A stretch of 64,000 nt of DNA from Candidatus Levyibacteriota bacterium (GCA_039738415.1 JBCLLY010000001.1:53621-117620), one strand, 5' to 3'; positions 18,661 through 27,799 are shown, counted from the stretch's first letter. Numbers and translations: made by a program. Notes: generated by a model not told the origin, from the sequence alone.

Positions 18661-18841
18661 GCACACATTCAGTATTCGGTATTAAAGCATTAGTATATTA
18701 AAAGATTAAAAAACTTCCCCTCTACCACTTTTTAGAAAGTGACGAACATAAATCCCATAATGATTTCCTAAGCACTGGCAAGAAATCTTTATACTTAGAC
18801 TACAGGATGTTTATAACCTGTGGACAAATTTAACTATGAGT

Positions 18842-19075
18842 TTATTCTCTATCTATAGGATAGTTTGGGGGATTATTGAGGTAATCTCTGGTCTGAAGAA
18901 TCCTTTTTGCAGCCTTTTTGGGGTCATCTACCTGTATTCCGTGTCCACCCTTAATCATTAAAACTACATCTATGGGCGGTGGGGATTGATTCGTAGGTTC
19001 ATATACATTAATTGTTTCGTCAGCAAGGGGACGCCTTGCAAATGGCATAAGGACGGGCTGTTTGGAAATCCTCAA
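18842..19075 (-). CDS. hypothetical small protein
   Basis: 77-aa ORF only. Confidence 0.2.
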   Translation of the reverse strand: MRISKQPVLMPFARRPLADETINVYEPTNQSPPPIDVVLMIKGGHGIQVDDPKKAAKRILQTRDYLNNPPNYPIDRE

Positions 19076-19847
19076 AAAACCTGAAGCTATAGTATCGTCA
19101 ATATCTACTGCAATAAATTGGCAGCACTTCTGTCCTCTGTCAGTATTTGCCTAACAAATTCAGGCCTTGCGATAGTTCATGAGAAATAAGGTGAGGGTTG
19201 GATTTTTTTGAAGTGAAATCGATTTTCTATTTTTTTATGCCTGATTTGACACTACTTCTCATGAGACGCAAGCTTTTGGCTCAAATACTATCTTGCGTAA
19301 CTTGCTAAGAAAAAGTACACGAATTGTCTTCCTCTCCATCTCAATTTCCTAATAACTGCTGTCATACCCCATCACCCCCTCTCTATTAATATGCAAATAG
19401 CCCAATATGCAAATTTCAAATGGGTCATTTGAATTAATTAACTTGTTAATTTTTATTGATTTCATAATTAATGCTTTAACCTTCTAATCTTTTAATTTTT
19501 AAATCTTTTAATACTGTTCCTCTCCCCTGATCTCTTGATTTACATCCGGTGTTGCAAAACTCTGCTCCATCTCAACCACAAAAAATGAAATCATTAGAAC
19601 GGACACGATAAAGAAAAAAAATATTCTTTTCGGATGCGTGAAAAATTGGCTGTTCTGTTTAAAAGATATTAAAATTCTCATGGATATATCCATTGAATAG
19701 CTTCATTTGAACCTAGTCAAATCGGCTTTCATTTTGCATAATATTGCATATAATTACATAGTATTGTATACTGAAAATTAGAATAATTTTCAGATAGATA
19801 TAATAGTAGAAATACAGTAGATATAAATTGATATTGATATTAAACAA

Positions 19848-20258
19848 ATGGATACGAATAGCAACAACATAAAGGGTAAATATATTCCTTTAGATAAGCT
19901 CGAGATTTATCAGCTTTCACGAGAATTATCGTCTCTCGGATGGAAAGTCTATCAAGTACTTGGAGCGAGAGAAAGAAATATCATGGGTGATCAATTCATT
20001 CGTTCAACTGACTCAGTAGGCGCAAATATTGCTGAGGGTTACAGCAGATTTCACTACTTAGACAGAATAAAATTCTGCTATACCTCGCGTGCGTCGCTTA
20101 TGGAAGCCTCAAATCATTGGCTAGAACTCTTAAAGGAAAGGGGATTAGTTTTAAAAGCAGACTATGATTCTTATATCCTGAATTCGAGACTGTTATCCAT
20201 AAAACTAAATAATTATATAAGCTCTCTTTATAAAACAAGGTCCAAGAATTCACCATGA
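19848..20258 (+). CDS. four-helix-bundle protein (23S rRNA intervening-sequence protein family) copy 1
   Basis: GANIAEGYSRFHYLDRIKFCYTSRASLMEASNHWL signature. Confidence 0.75.
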   Translation: MDTNSNNIKGKYIPLDKLEIYQLSRELSSLGWKVYQVLGARERNIMGDQFIRSTDSVGANIAEGYSRFHYLDRIKFCYTSRASLMEASNHWLELLKERGLVLKADYDSYILNSRLLSIKLNNYISSLYKTRSKNSP

Positions 20259-20302
20259 ATATCTATGTATCAATGAATTTCAATAGTATATCTTAATTTA
20301 TC

Positions 20303-20578
20303 ATGGATAATTTTTACAACGTAAATCAGGCAGCCTATATCATGAAGGTCCACCCTCTAACTATCAGGAGGTATATCCGGGAGGGCAAGCTAAAGGCTGT
20401 AAAGCTGGGAGGAAATGTAAGAATAAAAGAACGTGATCTTCAATCATTTATGAAAGATTTTGAGCCGAGACAACAGGCAGACACCTTATCATTTAGAAGA
20501 ATTATTCAGCAGAAAGAATTTACAACCGCAGACCCATTCCTCCGACTTAAGGGGCGTGCGGCTACTGTGGAACTTTAA
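20303..20578 (+). CDS. excisionase-family helix-turn-helix DNA-binding protein
   Basis: VNQAAYIMKVHPLTIRRYIREGKLKAVKLGGNVRIKERDL matches the MerR/Xis-type HTH_17 pattern. Confidence 0.6.
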   Translation: MDNFYNVNQAAYIMKVHPLTIRRYIREGKLKAVKLGGNVRIKERDLQSFMKDFEPRQQADTLSFRRIIQQKEFTTADPFLRLKGRAATVEL

Positions 20579-20579
20579 C

Positions 20580-20667
20580 CATGAATTATGAATAATGAAG
20601 TAAGAAGCATGAAGTAGGAATTATGAAGCATGAAGCAGGAAGCATGAAGTATGAATAATGAAGCAGG
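20580..20667. repeat. heptanucleotide tandem array (CATGAAG/TATGAAT units)
   Basis: It fills the whole intergenic spacer and runs into the first codons of the next gene. Confidence 0.8.
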
Positions 20668-21040
20668 GAAGATAAAAAATTTTACCGATCTAAATGCATG
20701 GAAATATAGCCATAGTTTGGTTTTAGAAATTTATGAAATTACCAAGATTTTTCCTAAAGAAGAGCAATTTGGACTCACCAATCAAATAAGAAGAGCAGTC
20801 GTATCAATAAGTTCAAATATTGCTGAGGGATTTAGCAGAACTTCCTATAAAGATAAGTCTCATTTCTATTCAATGGCGTTAGGTTCTTTAACAGAGGTTC
20901 AAAACCAACTTATGATTGCGCGTGATTTAGGATACTTTTCAGTAGAAAAGTTCAATGAGTTAATAAAGGTCAGCATTACGGTAAGTAAACTTTTAAATGG
21001 ACTGCTTAAAAAATCAAAAACCATGATTCGTGACTCATGA
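20651..21040 (+). CDS. four-helix-bundle protein copy 2
   Basis: NIAEGFSRTSYKDKSHFYSMALGSLTEVQNQL signature. Confidence 0.75.
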   Translation: MNNEAGKIKNFTDLNAWKYSHSLVLEIYEITKIFPKEEQFGLTNQIRRAVVSISSNIAEGFSRTSYKDKSHFYSMALGSLTEVQNQLMIARDLGYFSVEKFNELIKVSITVSKLLNGLLKKSKTMIRDS

Positions 21041-21078
21041 TTCATGATTCGAGTTTAGGATTTAGAATTTAATTAATT

Positions 21079-21501
21079 ATGGCACTATCTAAAAAAGTAA
21101 TACTTGCCCCCGACTCTATCTATGCGTACATAGACCGTGTGTCTGAAAAACACCAGCAGGCGGTAGCATTTTTCCGATATTTTTCACAAGAGCATTACCG
21201 GCTCTTCATTGATTGCGTAAGTCTAAACAAGGTGTACGAGGACATATATCTTAAAATGAGCCAGGATTTGGCAAAGGATTTCATAAAGATTATAAGTGTC
21301 TCAGATATTAATATAGTCTACCCTGATGAAGGAGAAACAAAGGCAGCAATAAAGGCTTTGATTAATTACCGTACGCTTGATTTAACTTTCTCCCAAGCCA
21401 TTCTTTCAGTTGTAGCAAATAGAAGAAGCATTAATCAGGTGGTTACATTCTCTTATTTGCCTCCATTATTTGGTCTGCAAACGTTCTATTTACCGATATA
21501 G
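21079..21501 (+). CDS. hypothetical protein
   Basis: 140-aa ORF flanked by heptamer arrays on both sides. Confidence 0.3.
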   Translation: MALSKKVILAPDSIYAYIDRVSEKHQQAVAFFRYFSQEHYRLFIDCVSLNKVYEDIYLKMSQDLAKDFIKIISVSDINIVYPDEGETKAAIKALINYRTLDLTFSQAILSVVANRRSINQVVTFSYLPPLFGLQTFYLPI

Positions 21502-21507
21502 AAAGAA

Positions 21508-21633
21508 GAATGCTTCATTCTTCATACTTCATACTTCCTGATTCATGCTTCATTCTTCATACTTCATACTTCCTGATTCATGCTTCATACTTCATGCTTC
21601 CTGCTTCCTGATTCATACTTCATGCTATATATC
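21508..21633. repeat. heptanucleotide tandem array (ATGCTTC/ATACTTC/CTGATTC units; reverse complement of the 20580 array)
   Basis: About 18 units. Confidence 0.85.
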
Positions 21634-21809
21634 AAAAGGTTAATTAAGATATCAATATGTATCGTAATAATGCTAGTTTTGTCAGCAACCCCCGCACCCA
21701 CGGGACTTATCGATCGGGGAATTGGGTGCGGGGCAAAAAAACCACAACTAATTATCTAATTCAATTAGAGGATTTTGAAATGCTATTTATTTTGCTATAA
21801 TTACTTATC

Positions 21810-21881
21810 GCCGTCTTAGCTCAGTGGTAGAGCAGCTGTTTTGTAAACAGCAGGTCTAGGGTTCGAATCCCTAAGACGGCT
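21810..21881 (+). tRNA. tRNA-Thr (anticodon TGT)
   Basis: Acceptor GCCGTCT, D-arm GCTC-AGTGGTA-GAGC, anticodon stem GCTGT/ACAGC with loop UUUGUAA, T-arm TAGGG-TTCGAAT-CCCTA. Confidence 0.85.
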
Positions 21882-21888
21882 CAACAAT

Positions 21889-21944
21889 GTAGAGCATCCC
21901 GCTAAGCGGGACGGGTCGCGAGTTCGAATCTCGCCTCAGGCTCA
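21889..21944 (+). pseudogene. tRNA-like 3' fragment (D-stem 3' half, CCCGCTAAGCGGG hairpin as anticodon arm with TAA triplet, T-arm GCGAG-TTCGAAT-CTCGC, acceptor 3' strand, no 5' half)
   Basis: Read directly; lacks a 5' acceptor partner. Confidence 0.4.
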
Positions 21945-22082
21945 AATTTTGGCAAGCACGACTTGTACTGGGATAAACAGTCCTTCGACAAGCTCAGGAT
22001 TAGAAACAGGTCTAGGGCTTGCCCCGTATAGCCGCCACCGTGAGGCAAAGACGTAGACTTTGCGAACGGGAAGGTTTATGCG

Positions 22083-22107
22083 GGGTTCGAATCCCTAAGA
22101 CGGCTCA
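22083..22107 (+). repeat. 25-bp direct repeat of the tRNA-Thr(TGT) 3' end (GGGTTCGAATCCCTAAGACGGCTCA), about 200 bp downstream of the gene
   Basis: Identical to 21859-21883. Confidence 0.8.
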
Positions 22108-22141
22108 TAAAATTTTCTGCTAAATGGTACTGAAATTCAAA

Positions 22142-22267
22142 ATGAGATGGGGATATTTTTTAACATCTATCCTTGTTGCTGTTATTGTTGGTGTAGTATC
22201 TGGAATTATTGTTGATGGAGAAGATTGGAGAATATACTTACTTGCCGGAGGAGTTTACCCTGAGTAA
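22142..22267 (+). CDS. possible 41-aa small membrane protein (MRWGYFLTSILVAVIVGVVSGIIVDGEDWRIYLLAGGVYPE)
   Basis: Short ORF with one hydrophobic helix. It is below the track threshold and so speculative. Confidence 0.2.
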   Translation: MRWGYFLTSILVAVIVGVVSGIIVDGEDWRIYLLAGGVYPE

Positions 22268-22374
22268 AACCGAAGGGCTGGGACTGATTTTCTGGAAAAT
22301 CTTTATAAATTAAGGCTTGCTCAATTCTTTAAGATATCTTGACGCTTAAACGGCATTAACTGACTAAGAAGTCC

Positions 22375-22405
22375 TTGACATGAGGTGGGGGGGGGAGTGT
22401 TTAAT
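22375..22405 (+). promoter_or_regulatory. sigma70-like promoter TTGACA-19bp-TTTAAT with a G9 homopolymer (22387-22395) in the spacer
   Basis: The paralogous promoter at 23641 has G5 and a 17-bp spacer. Confidence 0.5.
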
Positions 22406-22414
22406 ATATATTAT

Positions 22415-23527
22415 ATGAGAGTTTTTCTGCCTAAAAGATCAAAGAAATCAATTTCGGTCATAGGGTTGATCGTAGTATTAATAAACCTTATGGTATTACC
22501 TCTTTTTGTAAGTCAAGTTGATGCCGGAACTTTTACCAGCCGTACAGTAACCATCTCTGACTCACGGGCAGGAAACACCGGCACAACGTATGATTTTGCC
22601 TTTACCGTTGTCGCAACCACAGCAATCAAGCAGTGGAACATTAAGTTTTGTACTGTTACAGGAGCCTACGATGACGCTTGCACAACACCAACCGGAATTG
22701 TAACAACCGGCGCAGCCATCGGATCAGACAACGTAACCGGCTCCGGCAGAACTAACACGTTTGGAGGAAACGGTGTTTTACAAACAGTTGTTACCACTCC
22801 TTCTACCCAAAGCCCGACAGGGGTTACTGTTTCTTACACCGGAATCACAAACCCAACAACAGCCGATACCACCTTCTTTGCCCGTATCATTACATATTCA
22901 GATCCGGGAACAACAGAGATTGACAGTGGGACAGTTGCCGCTGCCATTTTAACCTCCACCTCAATTGCCGTAACTGCCGCCATTGACTCAGCGCTTACTT
23001 TTACTGTGGCAGCTGTCAATAGCGGAGGAACCGTCAATGGAGCAACCACCAATATTACCACCACTGCTATCCTCATTCCTTTTGGGACGCTTTCTTCCGG
23101 TTCAACCAAAATTGCCGCTCATGACTTGACAGTGGAAACAAATGCTTCTGGCGGATACACGACCACTGTCAAGGCAACCGCTACTCCACCTTTAGTTAAT
23201 GGCTCAAATAATATTGATGTCTTTACCGGTGCTAATTCAAATCCAACAATTTGGAGTTCACCGGGTGGTACTGCCAACTCTGTTAATACCGGATTCTTTG
23301 GGTATACCACCAATGATGCGACTCTAGGCACAGGCACAGCCGACAGATTTACAGATACGGGTAATGAGTGGGCCGGAACTACCACCTCTCCTTTAGAGGT
23401 TGCCTTTTCCGCAACCGGTGCTTCTTCAGAGACAACAAGGGTAGGCTGGCAAGCTGAGGTTAACAGCATCCAAGCCGCAGGATCATATACCGGAACTGTT
23501 ATTTTAACGACTACGCCAACGTATTAA
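22415..23527 (+). CDS. Thr/Gly-rich secreted surface protein, tandem paralog A (signal peptide; C-terminal ...GSYTGTVILTTTPTY)
   Basis: Start set at ATG MRVFLPKRSKK. The track start GTG 22385 would translate the G tract. About 95% identical to paralog B. Confidence 0.6.
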   Translation: MRVFLPKRSKKSISVIGLIVVLINLMVLPLFVSQVDAGTFTSRTVTISDSRAGNTGTTYDFAFTVVATTAIKQWNIKFCTVTGAYDDACTTPTGIVTTGAAIGSDNVTGSGRTNTFGGNGVLQTVVTTPSTQSPTGVTVSYTGITNPTTADTTFFARIITYSDPGTTEIDSGTVAAAILTSTSIAVTAAIDSALTFTVAAVNSGGTVNGATTNITTTAILIPFGTLSSGSTKIAAHDLTVETNASGGYTTTVKATATPPLVNGSNNIDVFTGANSNPTIWSSPGGTANSVNTGFFGYTTNDATLGTGTADRFTDTGNEWAGTTTSPLEVAFSATGASSETTRVGWQAEVNSIQAAGSYTGTVILTTTPTY

Positions 23528-23640
23528 CTACGCGTACTATCAGAAAGATCACCAAGCAATTCTAGAACCTTATCCCTGAAGAAACCATAATCATAGCGGA
23601 GAAACTGTATACTATGTGTTGGACACCGTACAAGAAGTCC

Positions 23641-23669
23641 TTGACATGGAGTGAGGGGGAGTGTTTAAT
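23641..23669 (+). promoter_or_regulatory. sigma70-like promoter TTGACA-17bp-TTTAAT with a G5 tract
   Basis: Duplicated with gene B; the same architecture is seen at 49382-49410. Confidence 0.5.
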
Positions 23670-23678
23670 ATATACTAT

Positions 23679-24791
23679 ATGAGAGTTTTTCTGCCTAAAA
23701 GATCAAAGAAATCAATTTTGGCCATAGGGTTGATGGTAGTATTAATAAACCTTATGGTATTACCTCTTTTTGTAGGTAAAGCCAATGCCGACACCCTCAC
23801 AACCCGCAATCTAACCATCTCTGACTCACGGGCAGGAAACACCGGCACAACGTATGATTTTGCCTTTACCGTTGTCGCAACCACAGGAATCAAGCAGTGG
23901 AATATTAAGTTCTGTACTGCTGCGGGAGCCTACGCTGACGCTTGCACAACACCAACCGGAATTGTAACAACCGGCGCAGCCATCGGATCAGACAACGTAA
24001 CCGGCTCCGGCAGAACTAACACGTTTGGAGGAAACGGTGTTTTACAAACAGTTGTTACCACTCCTTCTACCCAAAGCCCGACAGAGGTTACTGTTTCTTA
24101 CACCGGAATCACAAACCCAACAACAACGGATACCACCTTCTTTGCCCGTATCATTACATATTCAGATCCGGGAACAACAGAGATTGACAGTGGGACAGTT
24201 GCCGCTGCCATTCTCACCACCACCTCAATAGCCGTAACTGCCGCCGTTGACCCAGCGCTTACCTTTACTGTAGCTGCTGTCAATTCCGGAACCGTCAATG
24301 GAGCAACCATCAATGTGACGACTTCAACTGCCGTCCTTATTCCTTTTGGGACGCTTTCTTCCGGTTCAACCAAAATTGCCGCTCATGACTTGACAGTGGA
24401 AACAAATGCTTCTGGCGGATACACGACTACTGTCAAGGCAACCGCTACTCCACCTTTAGTTGATGGCTCAAATAATATTGATGTCTTTACCGGTGCTAAT
24501 TCAAATCCAACAATTTGGAGTTCACCGGGTGGTACTGCCAACTCTGTTAATACCGGATTCTTTGGGTATACCACCAATGATGCGACTCTAGGCACAGGCA
24601 CAGCCGACAGATTTACAGATACGGGTAATGAGTGGGCCGGAACTACCACCTCTCCTTTAGAGGTTGCCTTTTCCGCAACCGGTGTTTCTTCAGAGATAAC
24701 AAGGGTAGGCTGGCAGGCTGAGGTCAACAGCATCCAAGCCCCAGGATCATATACCGGAACTGTTATTTTAACGACTACGCCAACATATTAA
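23679..24791 (+). CDS. Thr/Gly-rich secreted surface protein, tandem paralog B
   Basis: 370 aa; tandem duplication unit about 1266 bp. Confidence 0.6.
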   Translation: MRVFLPKRSKKSILAIGLMVVLINLMVLPLFVGKANADTLTTRNLTISDSRAGNTGTTYDFAFTVVATTGIKQWNIKFCTAAGAYADACTTPTGIVTTGAAIGSDNVTGSGRTNTFGGNGVLQTVVTTPSTQSPTEVTVSYTGITNPTTTDTTFFARIITYSDPGTTEIDSGTVAAAILTTTSIAVTAAVDPALTFTVAAVNSGTVNGATINVTTSTAVLIPFGTLSSGSTKIAAHDLTVETNASGGYTTTVKATATPPLVDGSNNIDVFTGANSNPTIWSSPGGTANSVNTGFFGYTTNDATLGTGTADRFTDTGNEWAGTTTSPLEVAFSATGVSSEITRVGWQAEVNSIQAPGSYTGTVILTTTPTY

Positions 24792-24808
24792 GCTAAAAAA
24801 AATTAAAA

Positions 24809-25762
24809 ATGAAAAATTCAAAGTTCAAAATGTTTAGCAAAACTCTTAATCAGAATAAACTGGTAGTAATTGCCTCTTTAGTCGCATCAACTTTGTTCTT
24901 ATCTGTTTTTCTAGGCTTCACGCTCGCTCAAAATACTGTTTCCAGCCAGTCTCTTGAGGTTTCTCCTCCATCACAAGAACTAAGAGCAGATCCCGGGCAG
25001 ACTATTACTGCAAAAGCAAAGGTGAGAAACAAGAGCGCGGAGAGCATAAACATTAAGGTTAGAATTGAAGATTTTACAGCAATTGGTGAGGAAGGACAGG
25101 TGGCTTTAATAGAGAAAGGCCCACAATCTTTAACTTCCTGGACTGTTGTTGAATCGGACACTTTTCCTTTAAAGCCCGGTGAGGCGAAAGAGGTTATCGC
25201 CAAAATTAGCGTACCCAAAGAAGCAGCCGGTGGCAAATATGGTTCTTTTGTCTTTTCAATCGGCGGGGAGGAGGCAGCTCCAGGTACTGCTGCCATTGCT
25301 CAAGAACTGGCCTCTCTTTTTTTAATCAGGATTTCCGGGCCAGTCAGCGAACAATTAACCATAGCCGAGTTTAAAGCACCTGCCTTTTTGGAGTTTGGGC
25401 CCGTCCCCTTTACCCTAAAGTTTCAAAACTCCGGTAATGTCCATGTCAAACCATTTGGGCTTATTAATATCACGGATGTTTTCGGCCGCGTGGTTAAAGA
25501 TGTAGTCGTAAGAGGTGAGACCAATATATTTCCAGGGGCATCAAGAATAGTGACAGTAAGCTACGATGAAAAACTGCTCCTTGGACCATACAAAGCCCAG
25601 GCAGTCTTAAATTTTGGCAGCAAGAATGAATCGATAACTGCCACCACCACTTTCTTTGTTTTTCCGGTTAGAATAGCTGCTGCTGTTCTTCTGGTTCTGT
25701 TCGTCCTTTACATTTCCAGGAAAAGGTTGGTTAAATCTATCAAAGCCTTGTCTGGAAAATGA
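24809..25762 (+). CDS. DUF916/CscA-like cell-surface protein (signal peptide, Ig-like body, C-terminal TM anchor plus KR tail)
   Basis: Architecture: N-terminal signal, ...LTSWTVV..., C-terminal AAAVLLVLFVLYISRKRL. Adjacent to Thr-rich secreted proteins, as in Gram-positive csc/WxL loci. Confidence 0.45.
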   Translation: MKNSKFKMFSKTLNQNKLVVIASLVASTLFLSVFLGFTLAQNTVSSQSLEVSPPSQELRADPGQTITAKAKVRNKSAESINIKVRIEDFTAIGEEGQVALIEKGPQSLTSWTVVESDTFPLKPGEAKEVIAKISVPKEAAGGKYGSFVFSIGGEEAAPGTAAIAQELASLFLIRISGPVSEQLTIAEFKAPAFLEFGPVPFTLKFQNSGNVHVKPFGLINITDVFGRVVKDVVVRGETNIFPGASRIVTVSYDEKLLLGPYKAQAVLNFGSKNESITATTTFFVFPVRIAAAVLLVLFVLYISRKRLVKSIKALSGK

Positions 25763-25786
25763 TACAATCGCGAATTTCGCAGTTGT

Positions 25787-25897
25787 CATTCTGGGGACTC
25801 AGAGCGAAGCGTGGAGGACTCCAGAATCTAATCAGATACGGATTCTGGACACCTGCCCGCAGATGCTGCGCATCAAGCGTTGCAGGCGGGAGCCAGA
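25787..25897. repeat. REP-like palindromic element (GTCATTCTGG...CCAGAATGAC outer inverted repeat with internal CCTGCCCGCA...GCGTTGCAGGCGGG hairpins)
   Basis: Read directly; related copies are dispersed across the window. Confidence 0.7.
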
Positions 25898-25935
25898 ATG
25901 ACGGGGAAGTGCGAAACTTGTAACAATGTTAATTA

Positions 25936-26343
25936 ATGAAACGCTCAAAATTACTATTTCTTATTATCCTCGCGGCAAGCGCAGGATTTGCACTACGCTG
26001 GCTGATTACAAATTTACAAACCAAGCCTGATATAAGTTTAATCCTGCAACAAAATGTAACGGGAGAACAGACCACTGCCGATCAGTTTATCACCTATATA
26101 GACTATGATGGCACTGAGTTTAAACCGGCAGCAGTCACTGTTAAAAAAGGCAACTATATTGCCATTACCAATCAGAGTAAAGATAAGCAGATGTGGCTGG
26201 TGTCTGATAATGCGGATTTAAATACAAAAAGGGGTTATGGGGAAGGTGAGAGGTTGCAACTTACTCTACTCAAAGAGGGTCGTTACATTGTAACCAACAG
26301 GCTTGATACAAAAGCCTCCATAGAAATTGTTGTTGAGCCTTAA
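25936..26343 (+). CDS. small secreted protein
   Basis: Signal-peptide-like N-terminus; 135 aa. Confidence 0.4.
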   Translation: MKRSKLLFLIILAASAGFALRWLITNLQTKPDISLILQQNVTGEQTTADQFITYIDYDGTEFKPAAVTVKKGNYIAITNQSKDKQMWLVSDNADLNTKRGYGEGERLQLTLLKEGRYIVTNRLDTKASIEIVVEP

Positions 26344-26378
26344 CTTTTCCTGTATAATACCCAAACCTATCCTAAAAT

Positions 26379-26900
26379 ATGGCCCAGAGATTAGTTTTAA
26401 CCCTAGTATTTATTACCTTACTCCTCATTCTTACTACAAGCCTGGTGGAGGCACAAGTATTAAGCGTCACTGCTACAGTACCTGTATCTGATGTTTGGGC
26501 AGAGGCTATTGTTAAAAATTCCAAGGTTCTTTCTGTTTGGGACGGACAAGAACTGTCTTATTTTGTTAGAGTCATAGGTCTAGATTATGAAATACTGGAC
26601 AATCATAAAGTCCAACTCCAGGTCTTTTTAGATGATCAACTGGTTACAGCCTTAACCCAAGAGTCTAAAGATTTTACTAAGTTTTCATTTATCCCCAAAG
26701 AAGAAGGTCGATACCACCTTATTTTCACCGATATCACTTGGGATCGTCACATAGAGCTGAAAGAATTAGAATTTGATCAGCCTCGTATTAAGATTTTCAA
26801 TGCTTTAGATACCTTTTTTCTATTGAGTAGTATGTATATTGATGAGAGCGTTCCTAATATTATCAGAACAGCCTTCGTAACAGGAAAACCAACAAAATGA
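26379..26900 (+). CDS. secreted protein
   Basis: Signal-peptide-like N-terminus; 173 aa. Convergently overlaps the next gene by about 120 bp. Confidence 0.4.
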   Translation: MAQRLVLTLVFITLLLILTTSLVEAQVLSVTATVPVSDVWAEAIVKNSKVLSVWDGQELSYFVRVIGLDYEILDNHKVQLQVFLDDQLVTALTQESKDFTKFSFIPKEEGRYHLIFTDITWDRHIELKELEFDQPRIKIFNALDTFFLLSSMYIDESVPNIIRTAFVTGKPTK

Positions 26901-27784
26901 GTTGTGGAATAGATGTAGTCGCCGTTTTCCAGTGAAACTGCAAGCGTAGCTGTATAGATTCCGCCGTAAAGATTGGGAATATCAAAAGCTCTTTGCCAGC
27001 GCCTGATCTTGCCTGGCAAAATAGTTTTTTCCTCCAGTTCAAAGGTTTGTTCTTCTCCGAATAATGGTTTAATAGTTAGAGCTGGTTTGGCACTGAAATA
27101 GTTAAGAGAAGTATTTTTGATCCTGATAGTTGCTCCGATAGGACCCCTTTCATAAATCTTATGGTCAAAATCAAAGGTGACAATTTCAGCCTTATTTTTT
27201 TGATCTTGTACTCCAATATTCGCCAAAGCCAACACCCCTATTTTAGAGCTAACCGGTACGCCTGGGAAGATAGGGGTAAAAAAGATCATGGCATAATAAC
27301 CGCCTAGTGGTACCTTATCAGGCACAGTAATTTGGATAGTAAAATCCTTTGCGGTTTTAGCTGGCAAGATGGCATCTTGGTCGCTGAGGGAAATCCAATC
27401 CATCAGTGGGGAAGCAATGTTTTCTTCAGATATTGTAATACCGTATTCCTCATCAGAGGCGTCAAAGCCTTCAACCGAGGCTCTTAGCGGTAAGGGAGCA
27501 TCAAGCAGGTTTTCTATTTTAACTTGATAATTTTGTTTTGTTCCCGGATCTAACTTCACTTTCAGGATAACCGGAGAAACACGAATCATTTGCTTAACAT
27601 GGGGCTGAACTTTTTCTAAAGCTATCGCTCTATTACTTAATATACTAAAACATATAGCAATAGTTAAAAGTGCACCTGCCCGCAATGCTAGCGCAAGCGT
27701 TGCCCGCCGGCATGCCTTTGGCAATGCCAATGGCGGCCAGGCAGGCGGGAGGTTAAAAGTTAGATACTTCTTCATAATTTTCAA
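26777..27784 (-). CDS. DUF916/CscA-like cell-surface protein (paralog); N-terminal region includes a translated GC-rich palindromic element
   Basis: ...LMDWISLS...GGYYAMIFF..., C-terminal TM plus NRKKVSK. N-terminal PPAWPPLALPKACRRATLALALRAGA is encoded by a REP-like palindrome (about 27655-27745). Confidence 0.45.
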   Translation of the reverse strand: MKIMKKYLTFNLPPAWPPLALPKACRRATLALALRAGALLTIAICFSILSNRAIALEKVQPHVKQMIRVSPVILKVKLDPGTKQNYQVKIENLLDAPLPLRASVEGFDASDEEYGITISEENIASPLMDWISLSDQDAILPAKTAKDFTIQITVPDKVPLGGYYAMIFFTPIFPGVPVSSKIGVLALANIGVQDQKNKAEIVTFDFDHKIYERGPIGATIRIKNTSLNYFSAKPALTIKPLFGEEQTFELEEKTILPGKIRRWQRAFDIPNLYGGIYTATLAVSLENGDYIYSTTHFVGFPVTKAVLIILGTLSSIYILLNRKKVSKALKILIRG

Positions 27785-27799
27785 TTTTTAATTTCTAAT

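Noticed and set aside
21660-21730. Hairpin CCCCGCACCCA...TGGGTGCGGGG, considered as a terminator.
   Set aside because: It is followed by an A-run on plus and preceded by a T-run on minus. Wrong geometry for an intrinsic terminator in either direction.
22761-24733. Antisense and alternate-frame ORFs inside the Thr-rich paralogs (22761-22952, 22834-23109, 23119-23469, 24025-24231, 24098-24373, 24383-24733). Similar ORFs lie inside 49422 and 52684 (49826-50167, 50228-50611, 50651-50908, 52917-53405, 53466-53762, 53625-54113).
   Set aside because: They are duplicated together with the host genes and lie entirely within confidently coding regions. They are compositional artefacts of Thr/Gly/Ala-rich codons.
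26777-26900. Large convergent overlap (about 120 bp) between 26379-26900 (+) and 26777-27784 (-), considered as a possible annotation error.
   Set aside because: Both ORFs end at genuine stop codons and neither has an obvious alternative. Left as is with moderate confidence.
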